Made by a program: the position numbers and the translations under genes
In this document: positions 16,952 through 26,830 of the stretch, piece by piece
Numbering within the stretch: the stretch's first letter is position 1
How the letters are laid out: each line of letters begins with the position of its first letter
Assembly: GCA_036667875.1 (NCBI GenBank)
Contig: JAVWTD010000002.1
Location: 9,026-73,025, forward strand
Source: Bacilli bacterium
GTDB lineage: Bacteria > Bacillota_I > Bacilli_A > RF39 > UBA660
Direction of reading: 5' to 3'
DNA length: 64,000 nt
The notes under the pieces: model-generated
Told to the model about the DNA's origin: nothing
The model's input: only the letters and a program-made list of their open reading frames with translations
Databases searched by the model: none

Positions 16952-19093
16952 ATGAAAAATAAAAAAGAAGAGTGGAAAGCTTCAAAAATATTTCAAACAA
17001 TTGTTTTTTTGTGTCTATTTTTTATTTTTCTTCAATTATCTTATATTTCACTTTCACCCGTTGTCTATGGTACTAACATGGATGAGTTTGCCGCTACTAG
17101 AAATACATATAAAACAACTCTTTATGCTAAAAGAGGAACTATTTTTGATAAAGATAATAATGTTTTAGCTCTTAACGTTTCATCATATACAGTAATAGCG
17201 TATCTATCTGAAACTAGAACGGGTCAAAACAAAGATCCACTTCATGTAGTGGATAAAGAAAAAACAGCAGAGCAACTTTCACCAATTCTTAATATGTCAA
17301 AAGAATATATACTTGAACTACTTAATAAAGATGTTTATCAAGTAGAACTAGGTCCTGGTGGAAGAGCAATCACTGAATTAACAAAAGAAAAAATAGAAAA
17401 ATTAAAACTTCCAGGAATATCTTTTAGTGAAACTTATAAAAGATATTATCCAAATGGAAACTTTGCATCGTATATTTTAGGCTATGCTAAGCAATATGGA
17501 AAAGAAGGAAAAGAAACAAAAATTGTAGGAGAATTAGGAATAGAATCAAAATATGAAAAATTACTAACTGGGACAAACGGTTACTTAGAATATCAAAAAG
17601 ATAGATACGGATACAAAATACCTGATACGAAAGAAAAAAGAATTGAAGCAGTAGATGGTTCAAATGTTAAACTAACTATTGACTCTAATATTCAAAGATT
17701 TATTGAAAGTGCTATTACCAACTTAAAAGAATATACTCCAGAATGGGCAAATATTACTTTAATGGATGCAAAAACGGGTGAAATTTTAGGGTCATCCTCA
17801 ATACCTTCATTTGATCCAAATATAAGAGATATAACTAACTATCAAAGTCCTCTTGTAACTTATACTTTTGAACCTGGTAGTACAATGAAAACTTTTTCCT
17901 ATATGTGTGCAATTGACTCTGATAAATATGACGGAAATAGAATAGTAAATACAGGAAGTTTAAAAATCGGAGATGACACAGTAAGAGACTGGAATCGTAC
18001 AGGATGGGGACCAATCACACTTGATAAAGGATTTGTATATTCATCAAATGTGGCTGCTAGTACCTTAGTAACAGACATAATAAATAAAAGTGAATTAAGG
18101 GATTGTTATGAAAAGTATGGATTTGGTTCTACTACAAAAATAGAATTACCAAAAGAAGCAAGTGGCATACTAGGATTTACTTATCCTATTGAAGTTGCAA
18201 CAGCATCATTTGGTCAAGGTATAACGACAACTGTTCTACAACAACTTCAAGGGCTTACCATCATTGCTAATAATGGGAAAATGGTGAAACCTCACATCGT
18301 TAAAAACATCATAAACCCAAATACAAAAAAAACAATTTATGAAAGTTCAATTGAACAGTCCCCACAATTAGTAAAAACAAGTACAGTTAATAAAATGAAA
18401 GACCTACTTGATCAAGTAGTAAATGGAGATGATTGGAATAGAACAGGGCAAGGCTATCAACTCCCAGGATACAGTTTAATAGGTAAAACTGGTACAGCTC
18501 AAATATCATCTGGAAATGGATACCTTACTGGATATAATGATTATATACATTCTTTCTCAGGAATGTATCCAAAAGATGATCCTAAAATTATTATTTATGC
18601 CGCTATAAAAAGACCATCAAATGCATCAGATTCAGGCATAGTAAAAGCAGTAAAAGAAATAATAATTAATACAACAAAATATTTAAATTTATTTAATCAT
18701 GTTGACAACAATTCAAATGTTATGGAATTTAAATTACCATCATATACTAATAAGAATATCACAACAGTAGAAGAAGACTTGAAAAGTAAAAATATTAATA
18801 TAATAAAAATAGGAAATGGTAATAAAGTTGTATCGCAATATCCAAAAAGTAAAACAAAAATGTTATCTTATGATAAAGTAATATTAATAACAAATGGAGA
18901 CTCTATAACGCTTCCATCACTTATTGGATGGTCAAAAAAAGAACTACAAAGTTTAATGAAACTTTTAAAAATAAACTATATTATTGAAGGAACAGGATTT
19001 GTTGTAACAGAATCTATTCCTCCTGGAACAATCATAACAAAAGACATGGTTTTAGAATTTAACCTTGCAAATAGATACGAAAGCACAAGTTAG
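16952..19093 (+). CDS. Class B penicillin-binding protein (FtsI/PBP2B/SpoVD type) with C-terminal PASTA domains
   Basis: Transpeptidase motifs (STMK, SSN, KTGTA). Two C-terminal PASTA-like repeats. GAGGTG RBS. Confidence 0.9.
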   Translation: MKNKKEEWKASKIFQTIVFLCLFFIFLQLSYISLSPVVYGTNMDEFAATRNTYKTTLYAKRGTIFDKDNNVLALNVSSYTVIAYLSETRTGQNKDPLHVVDKEKTAEQLSPILNMSKEYILELLNKDVYQVELGPGGRAITELTKEKIEKLKLPGISFSETYKRYYPNGNFASYILGYAKQYGKEGKETKIVGELGIESKYEKLLTGTNGYLEYQKDRYGYKIPDTKEKRIEAVDGSNVKLTIDSNIQRFIESAITNLKEYTPEWANITLMDAKTGEILGSSSIPSFDPNIRDITNYQSPLVTYTFEPGSTMKTFSYMCAIDSDKYDGNRIVNTGSLKIGDDTVRDWNRTGWGPITLDKGFVYSSNVAASTLVTDIINKSELRDCYEKYGFGSTTKIELPKEASGILGFTYPIEVATASFGQGITTTVLQQLQGLTIIANNGKMVKPHIVKNIINPNTKKTIYESSIEQSPQLVKTSTVNKMKDLLDQVVNGDDWNRTGQGYQLPGYSLIGKTGTAQISSGNGYLTGYNDYIHSFSGMYPKDDPKIIIYAAIKRPSNASDSGIVKAVKEIIINTTKYLNLFNHVDNNSNVMEFKLPSYTNKNITTVEEDLKSKNINIIKIGNGNKVVSQYPKSKTKMLSYDKVILITNGDSITLPSLIGWSKKELQSLMKLLKINYIIEGTGFVVTESIPPGTIITKDMVLEFNLANRYESTS

Positions 19094-19104
19094 TGCTTTT
19101 TTTG
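19082..19104 (+). terminator. Intrinsic terminator overlapping PBP stop
   Basis: AGCAC-aagtta-GTGCT + T7. Confidence 0.65.
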
Positions 19105-19234
19105 TATATAAAATGTAAACCTAAACTTTACGTCAACTTATAATACGTAAATCCTTATTTTATAAGACTTAAAGAAACATATTGACAAAAAATATTTCCC
19201 ATATAATAATATAACTCATGAAAGTTGGTACAAG

Positions 19235-19477
19235 ATGAAAAGAAAAATATTTGATTCCATTTATTGGATATTATTAATAACAATTACATTAATATGGACT
19301 ATAGACTACTTTAATGTAGCATTTAAAAAAGAACCCATGTTTTGTGTAACAGAAGAAATTAAAACATATAAGGATGGTTATATTAAAACATGCAATGGTT
19401 TAGGATATAAGATTAAAAAATACAATAGAGAAAGTCTAACAAAAGGATATACTTATGGCTTTATAGGAGATAAATAA
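19235..19477 (+). CDS. Small membrane-anchored hypothetical protein
   Basis: Own promoter after the PBP terminator. One TM helix. Confidence 0.35.
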   Translation: MKRKIFDSIYWILLITITLIWTIDYFNVAFKKEPMFCVTEEIKTYKDGYIKTCNGLGYKIKKYNRESLTKGYTYGFIGDK

Positions 19478-20832
19478 TGAAAAATAAAATGATAGGATTA
19501 CTTTTCTTTTTAGTACTAGCAGGATCATTTCTAACAGTATTTAATAGAAGTGTAGAAATAAAAAAAATTGAACCAAAAGAAATAATTAAATCAACACTTT
19601 TTATAAATATTGAAAATGATATAGAAATAATAGAAAATGAAGAAGCAAATTTACTTGATGGAATAACTTCATCAAAGGACAGCATAATAACAATTAGTAT
19701 ATCATCTACAAAAAATCTAAAAGTAGGTACACACTTTATTATTTATACTGCCAAAAACAAAAAAGGTGAAACCAAAACAGCTAAAAGAAAAATTACAGTT
19801 AAAGAAAAAATAATCGAACTAGCCCTAGCAAATGAAAACTATCCACCAAACATAATTCTAAAAAACAATGTCTTTGAAGCAGGTATAAATACTAAAATAC
19901 CTTATTTTTATGCTGATGCTTATGACTCATTTGATGGATACGTAACAGTTTATGTTCATAACAATATTAATATAAATAAAGCAGGTTTGTATGATGTCGT
20001 ATTTGAAGCTTTCGATAAAGAAGGCTTAAGTTCAAAAGTTGTAGAAAAATTTAGAGTAGTTGATAACATTGCACCTACTATAACAACATTTACAAATACA
20101 AGTAATGGAACTTGGACAAACCAAGAAGTTAATATAGAAATCGATGCTACTGATTATGAAACTGGACTTAATAAAATAGAATATAGTTTTGATAATATAA
20201 ACTGGACTAAAATTAAATCTAAAAAACTAACATTTAAAGAAGAACAAAATACTAAAGTTTATGTAAGAGCAATTGATAATGCCCTTAATATTTCAAGTGT
20301 TTTAGAAACTAATGTACAAATAGACAAAACAGCACCAGAATCATTAGACAAAAGCGATATTTATATAGAGATGACAAAAGAGCAAGAGATAGTAACCCTA
20401 GATACTAAAGCAACTGATAACTTAAGTGGAATAGAAAAAACAGTTCCAAAATGCACTATAGATTCCACTACTGAAGGTCTTACAATATGCGAAATAGATA
20501 TTTATGATTACGCAGGCAACATAACAAAAATTACTAAAAATATTTATGTAAAAGATACAAAAGCACCAACTATAACATCAACAAACATTATTATTTATAA
20601 AGAAAAATTCACCAATCTACTAGACACACTTATAATAGATGAAAACTCTAAAGACCCAGTTACCGTTAACATTTTAAATAGCAATTTCATAAATGAAGTA
20701 GGGAAATATCAAGTTACATTTGAAATTATTGACGCAAAAGGAAATACAAGTACAACTGTTGTAAATTATGAAGTTAAAGAAGAATTAACCATACCACCAG
20801 TAGAAGAAACACTATCAACTTTACAGCCATAA
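19477..20832 (+). CDS. Secreted protein with repeated DUF5011-like Ig-like domains
   Basis: Signal/TM N-terminus. Repeats containing D.IAPTIT / DKTAPE / DTKAPTIT motifs, the same repeat type as in the 1181-aa protein at 30085. Confidence 0.5.
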   Translation: MKNKMIGLLFFLVLAGSFLTVFNRSVEIKKIEPKEIIKSTLFINIENDIEIIENEEANLLDGITSSKDSIITISISSTKNLKVGTHFIIYTAKNKKGETKTAKRKITVKEKIIELALANENYPPNIILKNNVFEAGINTKIPYFYADAYDSFDGYVTVYVHNNININKAGLYDVVFEAFDKEGLSSKVVEKFRVVDNIAPTITTFTNTSNGTWTNQEVNIEIDATDYETGLNKIEYSFDNINWTKIKSKKLTFKEEQNTKVYVRAIDNALNISSVLETNVQIDKTAPESLDKSDIYIEMTKEQEIVTLDTKATDNLSGIEKTVPKCTIDSTTEGLTICEIDIYDYAGNITKITKNIYVKDTKAPTITSTNIIIYKEKFTNLLDTLIIDENSKDPVTVNILNSNFINEVGKYQVTFEIIDAKGNTSTTVVNYEVKEELTIPPVEETLSTLQP

Positions 20833-20896
20833 ACTAAAAAAATTTTTAATTTCTTATTTTGTATGTTAAAATAGTATATAGAATAGAGGGATTAAG

Positions 20897-22165
20897 ATGG
20901 AACAAAAAATAGAATATCAAACCATATTAGATGAGGCAATCAAAGAGATTGATTCTAAAGTAGGAGACTATGAAGAAGCAAGAAATAAACTGATTATTCT
21001 CCTAGAACAAATAAATCCTATCATTGACCCAAAAACAACCATATTCTCTTTTGATAATATTATAGATTATACATTATTTAATAATCGTTTTAATAGTGAC
21101 AAAAAATATATCATAAGTGAATACCCACTCTTTAAATTTTACTACTATATAGCCCTTACTTATCTTCAAGAAAAAGACAATGAAGAAACAAAGAACTATC
21201 TTAAAAAAGCAATAAGATCTAATCCATTTGATACTGTTAGTTATATTCAATTAGCAGATACTTATAAAACAGAAAACGAATTAAATTCTATGCTTAAAAC
21301 AATTATAGAAATGTATAAATATATCTATACAGCAACAGACATGAAAGACTTTTATATCACACTCGGTGACTATTACTTTTTAACAAAAAACTTCGAATTA
21401 GCAAATGTTTTATATTCTTATGGAGATGTCTTTTTAAAAACCGATTATGTAGAAAAGATGTTAACAATAATAGGAATGGAATTAAAAAGACCATTAATAT
21501 TTAACACTAAAAATGATTGCATAAAAGTCTTAGAAGATTCCAAAATAAAAACTACACCACCTTTAGAAAATATAATAGAATTAAAAAAAATGTACGAAAT
21601 ATCTAAAACTATACCAGAAGACTATAAATTCAGATCTAACCTAAAAAAAATCATATATGAATTAACATTTGATGAAGCATATGAAGATACAATGACTATT
21701 AAAAATACACAATTAGAATTTACTTTTAGAATCCCTGCATCATGGAATCAGATTAACCGAACCGACTATAATAAATCAACAACAGGAGATTACACACTTT
21801 ATGTAATCGAAGCAGAAAAAAACAATGTTATTAATATGAATATTTTAAAGAACCATGACCGCAAAGACTTAATTGAAGAATACAAATTATATAAAGATTA
21901 TACACTAAGTAAAGATTATATTATAGAATATGAACAAGGAATAAGAACTAAAAATTTAGATTATATTCTAATGATAATAAGTAAAAAACTATTAAATGAA
22001 ATGATTACAATCATACACACTATTTTTATAATAAAAGACAAAGTTATTGATATAACTATACCTACTAAAGGCAACTATAATAACGAAAATATAAAAGAAT
22101 TACAAAATGATTTAAACCTACAAAGAATTACTAAAATTATTGAAAGTATAGAAATAGTTAATTAA
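20897..22165 (+). CDS. Hypothetical cytoplasmic protein with TPR-like N-terminal repeats
   Basis: Helical repeat pattern (YYIALTYLQEKDNEETKNYLKKAIRSNPFD..). No other family recognised. Confidence 0.4.
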   Translation: MEQKIEYQTILDEAIKEIDSKVGDYEEARNKLIILLEQINPIIDPKTTIFSFDNIIDYTLFNNRFNSDKKYIISEYPLFKFYYYIALTYLQEKDNEETKNYLKKAIRSNPFDTVSYIQLADTYKTENELNSMLKTIIEMYKYIYTATDMKDFYITLGDYYFLTKNFELANVLYSYGDVFLKTDYVEKMLTIIGMELKRPLIFNTKNDCIKVLEDSKIKTTPPLENIIELKKMYEISKTIPEDYKFRSNLKKIIYELTFDEAYEDTMTIKNTQLEFTFRIPASWNQINRTDYNKSTTGDYTLYVIEAEKNNVINMNILKNHDRKDLIEEYKLYKDYTLSKDYIIEYEQGIRTKNLDYILMIISKKLLNEMITIIHTIFIIKDKVIDITIPTKGNYNNENIKELQNDLNLQRITKIIESIEIVN

Positions 22166-22255
22166 ACTGTGCTATACTTAAAGTGGGATTAATAATAATC
22201 AGTCCCATTAAAAATTACACACTATGGAAAGAAACAAATATATAAGAGGATAAAT

Positions 22256-22651
22256 ATGGAAAAAGTTAAAAAAAATTTAGAAACAATAATTTTATTAATG
22301 ATTATATTTCTAATGTTTGTAGTATTAGTAATCTTTTATGAAAATAAAATAAAAACTACTGAAACAAAAACATTTTACAATAATAAAAATGAATACCTAA
22401 CAGTAGAAGTAAAATTTGTAGAACAAATAAAAGAAGATTTAGTATCAGTAAAAGGAAACTATCTTAACTACGTATCACTCGATCCATCAATAATAAAGAA
22501 ATTAAAAAACAACAAAACTTATCAATTTAAATTTAAAACAAACAATAAAAAAGTAGAAAAAGGGAATTTAACAAAACTATTTCAAACTTATGAAATAATA
22601 GAAATAAATATCGGTGTTAAATATGCAGAAGTTAACCAAATTATTGATTAA
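22256..22651 (+). CDS. Hypothetical membrane-anchored protein
   Basis: Single N-terminal TM helix. No recognisable domain. Confidence 0.3.
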   Translation: MEKVKKNLETIILLMIIFLMFVVLVIFYENKIKTTETKTFYNNKNEYLTVEVKFVEQIKEDLVSVKGNYLNYVSLDPSIIKKLKNNKTYQFKFKTNNKKVEKGNLTKLFQTYEIIEINIGVKYAEVNQIID

Positions 22652-23060
22652 AAATAAAGAAGAAATAGTAAACTACATTATTGTAGGTGGTCTTACAACT
22701 CTAATAAGTCTAATATCTTATTACTTATTTAGTACAATACTACTTAATGATACCGCTATTAATATGGAAATATCTAATGTACTATCGTGGATAATATCAG
22801 TATCATTTGCTTATGCTGCAAACCGAAAATATGTTTTTAAAAGCAAGACTTTAGGAAAAAAGAAACACTTTGAAATAATCAATTTTCTATCTTCAAGGAT
22901 TTTTTCTTTACTAATAGAAATGATTTTAATGTATTTAATGGTAATATTACTATCTATTAATAATATGGTTTCAAAAGTAATAGTTCAGGTAATAGTAATA
23001 GTATTAAATTTTATATTAAGTAAATTAATAGTATTTAAAAAGACAATAAAGAATTACTAA
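22623..23060 (+). CDS. GtrA-family membrane protein
   Basis: Four-TM protein of about 145 aa; IIVGGLTTLISLISYYLF N-terminus typical of GtrA. No cognate GtrB-like glycosyltransferase adjacent. Confidence 0.55.
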   Translation: MQKLTKLLIKNKEEIVNYIIVGGLTTLISLISYYLFSTILLNDTAINMEISNVLSWIISVSFAYAANRKYVFKSKTLGKKKHFEIINFLSSRIFSLLIEMILMYLMVILLSINNMVSKVIVQVIVIVLNFILSKLIVFKKTIKNY

Positions 23061-23196
23061 TTAATAGCAGTTCTTTTTTACTATTCGCATAAATCTCAAT
23101 TAAATGCTTGCTTTTTTCTTTTTTTTCCGTTTTTTTCTTGTCTAATAACAAAAATCGTAGTATAATATCTTTTAGTTGAGAAGGGAGGGATATTGA

Positions 23197-23391
23197 ATGA
23201 CTAAAGTAATAGTACGTAATGGAAATGTTGATGGTGCACTAAGAACCGTAAAACAAAGAAATGCTAAAGATGGCCTCCTAAAAGCTGTTCGCGAAAGACA
23301 AGAAGGATACATGAAACCGGGAGTTAAAAAGAGAAAAGAAAAGAAAGAAGCTATCAGAAACGCAAAGAAAAATGCGAGAAAATCATTTTAA
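23197..23391 (+). CDS. rpsU: 30S ribosomal protein S21
   Basis: 64 aa basic protein (VIVRNGNVDGALR..K...A.KNARKSF). GGGAGGGA RBS. TTGTCT-17-TATAAT promoter upstream. Confidence 0.8.
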   Translation: MTKVIVRNGNVDGALRTVKQRNAKDGLLKAVRERQEGYMKPGVKKRKEKKEAIRNAKKNARKSF

Positions 23392-23428
23392 GAGCGTATG
23401 CTCTTTTTATTTTAAAGGAGATAAGAAA

Positions 23429-23869
23429 ATGAGACAAACTATATTAGACGCAATAATAACATCAATGAAAGCTAAAGATAAAGAAACACTATCAGTATTA
23501 AGAATGGTTAAAGGTTCAATGCAACTTGAAGAAATAAACCTTAAAAGAGAACTTAATGATATTGAAATGACTTTAATTTTATCAAAACAAATAAAATCAA
23601 GAAAAGATTCAATCGTTGAATTTAAAAAAGGAAACCGCAATGACTTAGTTGAACAAGTAGAAAAAGAAATAGTTATTTTAGAAAAATATATGCCAGCACA
23701 AATGAGTGAAGAAGAAATAATTAAAAATGTAGAATTACTATTTAAAGAAGTTAATCCAACAGGACCTCAAGATATGGGGAAACTAATGGGTAAAGCATCA
23801 CCTTTATTTAAAGGAAAAGCAGACATGGGTCTAGTAAATAGAATAATAAAAGAAAGACTTTCAAAATAG
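23429..23869 (+). CDS. yqeY: GatB/YqeY domain protein
   Basis: YqeY pattern (LSVLRMVKGSMQLEE...LEKYMPAQMSEEEI). Conserved partner of rpsU. AAAGGAG RBS; the track start 23372 is an upstream extension. Confidence 0.8.
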   Translation: MRQTILDAIITSMKAKDKETLSVLRMVKGSMQLEEINLKRELNDIEMTLILSKQIKSRKDSIVEFKKGNRNDLVEQVEKEIVILEKYMPAQMSEEEIIKNVELLFKEVNPTGPQDMGKLMGKASPLFKGKADMGLVNRIIKERLSK

Positions 23870-23980
23870 TTTTTCTTTTCTTTTTATTTAAAGATTGTAC
23901 GATTAAATGCAACTACAGTAAAATTTAGGACTCTGTTTACTAATTCCTTCGAGTTTTTTTGTTAAAATTAACCTAAACTA

Positions 23981-24008
23981 TTGTAAAACAACAAAACTAT
24001 GTTATAAT
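23981..24008 (+). promoter_or_regulatory. Sigma-A-type promoter for rpsB-tsf
   Basis: TTGTAA -35, 16-nt spacer, TGtTATAAT extended -10; about 110-nt leader before rpsB. Confidence 0.5.
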
Positions 24009-24118
24009 ATTATTGGCTTTTTTAATACACACGAATATGGATTTTCAAGCCTAGTGCCAAAATTGGTGGTTTGAACATAGAAATATTCGGAGGATAAAAA
24101 ACAAAAGGAGGAAGAAAA

Positions 24119-25234
24119 ATGTCAGTTGTTTCAATGAATTACTTATTAGAAGCAGGTGTTCACTTTGGTCATCAAACCAAAAGATGGAACCCAAAAATGA
24201 AAGAATATATCTTTACATCAAGAGATGATATTTATATTATCGATTTACAAAAAACTGCTAAAAAAATTGAAGAAGCTTATACAGCTTTAAATAAAATAGC
24301 AGCTAATGGAGGTAAAGTACTATTCGTAGGAACTAAAAAACAAGCAATAGAAGCTACAAAAGAAGAAGCTACTAGATCAAACTCTTATTACATTACTGAA
24401 AGATGGTTAGGGGGAACTTTAACTAACTTTAGAACAATTAGAAAAAGAGTAAAACGTCTTGAAGAAATCGAAAAAATGGAAAAAGATGGTACATTTGATG
24501 TACTACCTAAAAAAGAAGTTATTGGATTAAGAAAAGAATATGAAAAACTTAATATTTTATTAAATGGTATTCGTGGAATGTACAAATTACCAGAAGCAAT
24601 GATTATCGTTGACCCTACAAAAGAAGACATCGCAATCAAAGAAGCTCGTAAATTAAATATTCCAGTATTCGGAATTGTAGATACTAACTGTGATCCTGAT
24701 ATGGTAGATTATGTAATCCCTGGTAACGATGATGCTATTAGAGCTGTTAAATTAATTTTAGGAGTTTTATCAAACGCAATCGTTGAAGCTAATGGAGGAC
24801 AATTAATAAACTTCGTTTCAAACGATGATAAACAACCATCAGATATCATGCAAAAAGCATTAGAAACAGTTAAACCAAAACAAGAAAGAAGAAAACCATT
24901 CAATAACGACAGAAATGACAGAAGAGATAACAACAATAGACCATTTAGAAGATTTAATAATGACAATAGAAATTTTGATAATAGAGGACCTAGAAGAGAA
25001 TTCGTAAAAAGAGAAGAAACAGTAGAAACAGTAAAACCTGTAGTAGAAACAGTAAAACCTATAGTAGAAACTGTAAAACCAGTAGTAGAAGTTAAGCCTG
25101 AACCAAAAAAAGCCGAAGTTAAATTTGATTTAACAGAAAAAACAGTTGCAGAACTTCGTGATTTAGCAAAAGCTAAAGATATTAAAGGTTATTCAACAAT
25201 GAAAAAAGCAGAATTATTAGATGCTTTAAAATAA
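24119..25234 (+). CDS. rpsB: 30S ribosomal protein S2 with about 120-aa C-terminal low-complexity extension
   Basis: Canonical S2 body to about residue 240 ([15 protein letters not shown]...). Then an R/N/D-rich tract, three ETVKPVV repeats and a [30 protein letters not shown] tail. Confidence 0.9.
   Translation: MSVVSMNYLLEAGVHFGHQTKRWNPKMKEYIFTSRDDIYIIDLQKTAKKIEEAYTALNKIAANGGKVLFVGTKKQAIEATKEEATRSNSYYITERWLGGTLTNFRTIRKRVKRLEEIEKMEKDGTFDVLPKKEVIGLRKEYEKLNILLNGIRGMYKLPEAMIIVDPTKEDIAIKEARKLNIPVFGIVDTNCDPDMVDYVIPGNDDAIRAVKLILGVLSNAIVEANGGQLINFVSNDDKQPSDIMQKALETVKPKQERRKPFNNDRNDRRDNNNRPFRRFNNDNRNFDNRGPRREFVKREETVETVKPVVETVKPIVETVKPVVEVKPEPKKAEVKFDLTEKTVAELRDLAKAKDIKGYSTMKKAELLDALK
25016..25087 (+). 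repeat. Intragenic tandem repeat: three and a half copies of a 21-nt unit (gaaacagtaaaacctgtagta, encoding ETVKPVV) in the rpsB 3' extension
   Basis: Copies at 25025-25045, 25046-25066, 25067-25087 with 1-3 substitutions each; partial copy at 25016-25024. Confidence 0.85.
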
Positions 25235-25242
25235 ATATAATT

Positions 25243-25272
25243 AAGATGATTTAAACAATCATCTTTAATTTT
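25243..25272 (+). promoter_or_regulatory. rpsB-tsf intercistronic hairpin (partial terminator/attenuator)
   Basis: AAGATGATT-taaac-AATCATCTT followed by a weak T-run, between the rpsB stop and the tsf RBS. Confidence 0.5.
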
Positions 25273-25289
25273 AAGAGAGGAAATTAATT

Positions 25290-26165
25290 ATGATAAGTGC
25301 TAGTTTAGTTAAAGAACTAAGAGAATCAACTGGAGCTGGTATGCTTGATTGTAAAAAAGCTTTAGAAGCAACAAACGGGGATATCAATACTGCAATTGAT
25401 TGGTTAAGAGAAAAAGGAATTTCTAAAGCTGCTAAAAAAGCAGACCGTATTGCTGCAGAAGGAATTGCTCAAATTAAAATAGATGGCAACACTGCCGTAA
25501 TAGTAGAAGTAAACTCAGAAACAGACTTCGTTGCTAAAAATGAAGAATTTACAAACATGGTTTCAGAAATTTTAGATGCTATTGCAAAAACTAATGTAGA
25601 GACTGTTGAAGAAGTTTTAAAATTAGATTCTTCAGTAGGTACAATAGAAGATTTAATCATTGCAAAAACTTCTAAAATTGGAGAAAAATTAAGTTTCAGA
25701 AGATTTAAAAAAGTTATTAAAAACGATGACGAAAATTTTGGTGCTTATATTCACATGGGTGGAAAAATAGCAGTATTAACTGTTGTTCAAAACGCTACTA
25801 GTGAAGTTGCTAAAAATGTTTCAATGCACGCTGCTGCTATGAAACCAGCTTATGTTAAAAAATCAGATGTACCATCAGATGTAGTAGAAAAAGAAAAACT
25901 ATTACAAAAAGAAATCGCTATTAATGAAGGAAAACCTGCAGAAATAGCCGAAAAAATGGTAATGGGAAGAATTGGAAAATTCTTTAAAGAAATTTGTTTA
26001 GAAGAACAAGCATTCGTTATGGATGGAGATATAACTGTTGCAACTTATGTAAAAAATAACGGAGGATTAGTTAAAGATATGATTCGTTATGAAGTTGGAG
26101 AAGGTATGGAAAAAAGAGAAGAAAACTTCGCTGAAGAAGTAGCTAAACAAATGCAAGGAAAATAA
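25290..26165 (+). CDS. tsf: Elongation factor Ts
   Basis: ISASLVKELRESTGAGMLDCKKALEATNGDI..A.DWLREKG N-terminal UBA-like signature. Follows rpsB. Confidence 0.9.
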   Translation: MISASLVKELRESTGAGMLDCKKALEATNGDINTAIDWLREKGISKAAKKADRIAAEGIAQIKIDGNTAVIVEVNSETDFVAKNEEFTNMVSEILDAIAKTNVETVEEVLKLDSSVGTIEDLIIAKTSKIGEKLSFRRFKKVIKNDDENFGAYIHMGGKIAVLTVVQNATSEVAKNVSMHAAAMKPAYVKKSDVPSDVVEKEKLLQKEIAINEGKPAEIAEKMVMGRIGKFFKEICLEEQAFVMDGDITVATYVKNNGGLVKDMIRYEVGEGMEKREENFAEEVAKQMQGK

Positions 26166-26186
26166 GAGATTTAATCTCTTTTTTTT
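26163..26186 (+). terminator. Intrinsic terminator after tsf
   Basis: AAGAGAT-tta-ATCTCTT + T8. Confidence 0.75.
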
Positions 26187-26236
26187 ATTATGCAATAAAA
26201 CTAGATAAATATCATATATTATGATAGGTGATTATA

Positions 26237-26581
26237 ATGAAAAATAAAGAAGAATTTAAATCTTTCGTTAGAAAAAATCCAATTTTAATAAAATACGTAA
26301 AAAACAATACAATGACATGGCAAAAATTTTATGAGATTTTTGATTTATATGGAACAGACTATGAAGCTTGGAAAGAATATTTAGTAGATTCACCAAAACA
26401 AACAGAAATAAAAACAGATTTAGTAGGATTCTTAAAAGGAATAGATATGGATAAAGTTCAGGAAGGCGTTCAAAGTTTACAAAGAGTAGTTGGAGTTATC
26501 GGTGAAATGGCTGGTGCTAAAGAAGTAGCAGCTAAACCAACTTATAAACCAAGACCCCTTTATAAACATTTTGATGACTAA
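26237..26581 (+). CDS. YlbD-like protein (putative spore coat protein family)
   Basis: EEFKSFVRKNPILIKYVKNNTMTWQKFYE resembles the B. subtilis YlbD N-terminus. GGTGA RBS; start at ATG 26237. Confidence 0.5.
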   Translation: MKNKEEFKSFVRKNPILIKYVKNNTMTWQKFYEIFDLYGTDYEAWKEYLVDSPKQTEIKTDLVGFLKGIDMDKVQEGVQSLQRVVGVIGEMAGAKEVAAKPTYKPRPLYKHFDD

Positions 26582-26802
26582 TGAGTTTAGATACACAATT
26601 TAAAATACAAAATAATCCATACTATGTTAGTTATTTAAGAAATAATGCTTATTGGTATAAACTATTAACTAGAAATCCAAACCTTTTTAATGAATTTGAA
26701 ATAAGTGCCAAAGAATTTTATAAAATAAGAAAAACAGATAAACTAGAAAAAACATTAAAGTATATAGAAATATTTCAAAGTATAATGTCATCATTGAAAT
26801 AA
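26581..26802 (+). CDS. YlbE-like protein
   Basis: NPYYVSYLRNNAYWYKLLTRNPNLFNEFEISAKEFYK parallels YlbE. TAATG overlap with the ylbD-like gene. Confidence 0.5.
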   Translation: MSLDTQFKIQNNPYYVSYLRNNAYWYKLLTRNPNLFNEFEISAKEFYKIRKTDKLEKTLKYIEIFQSIMSSLK

Positions 26803-26830
26803 TATGTTATAATTTATCTAGGGTGATTTT

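Noticed and set aside
22166-22255. Weak hairpin AGTGGGA...TCCCATT after the TPR-protein gene
   Set aside because: Only a 5-bp stem with a 14-nt loop and no T-run. Not convincing as a terminator or regulatory element.
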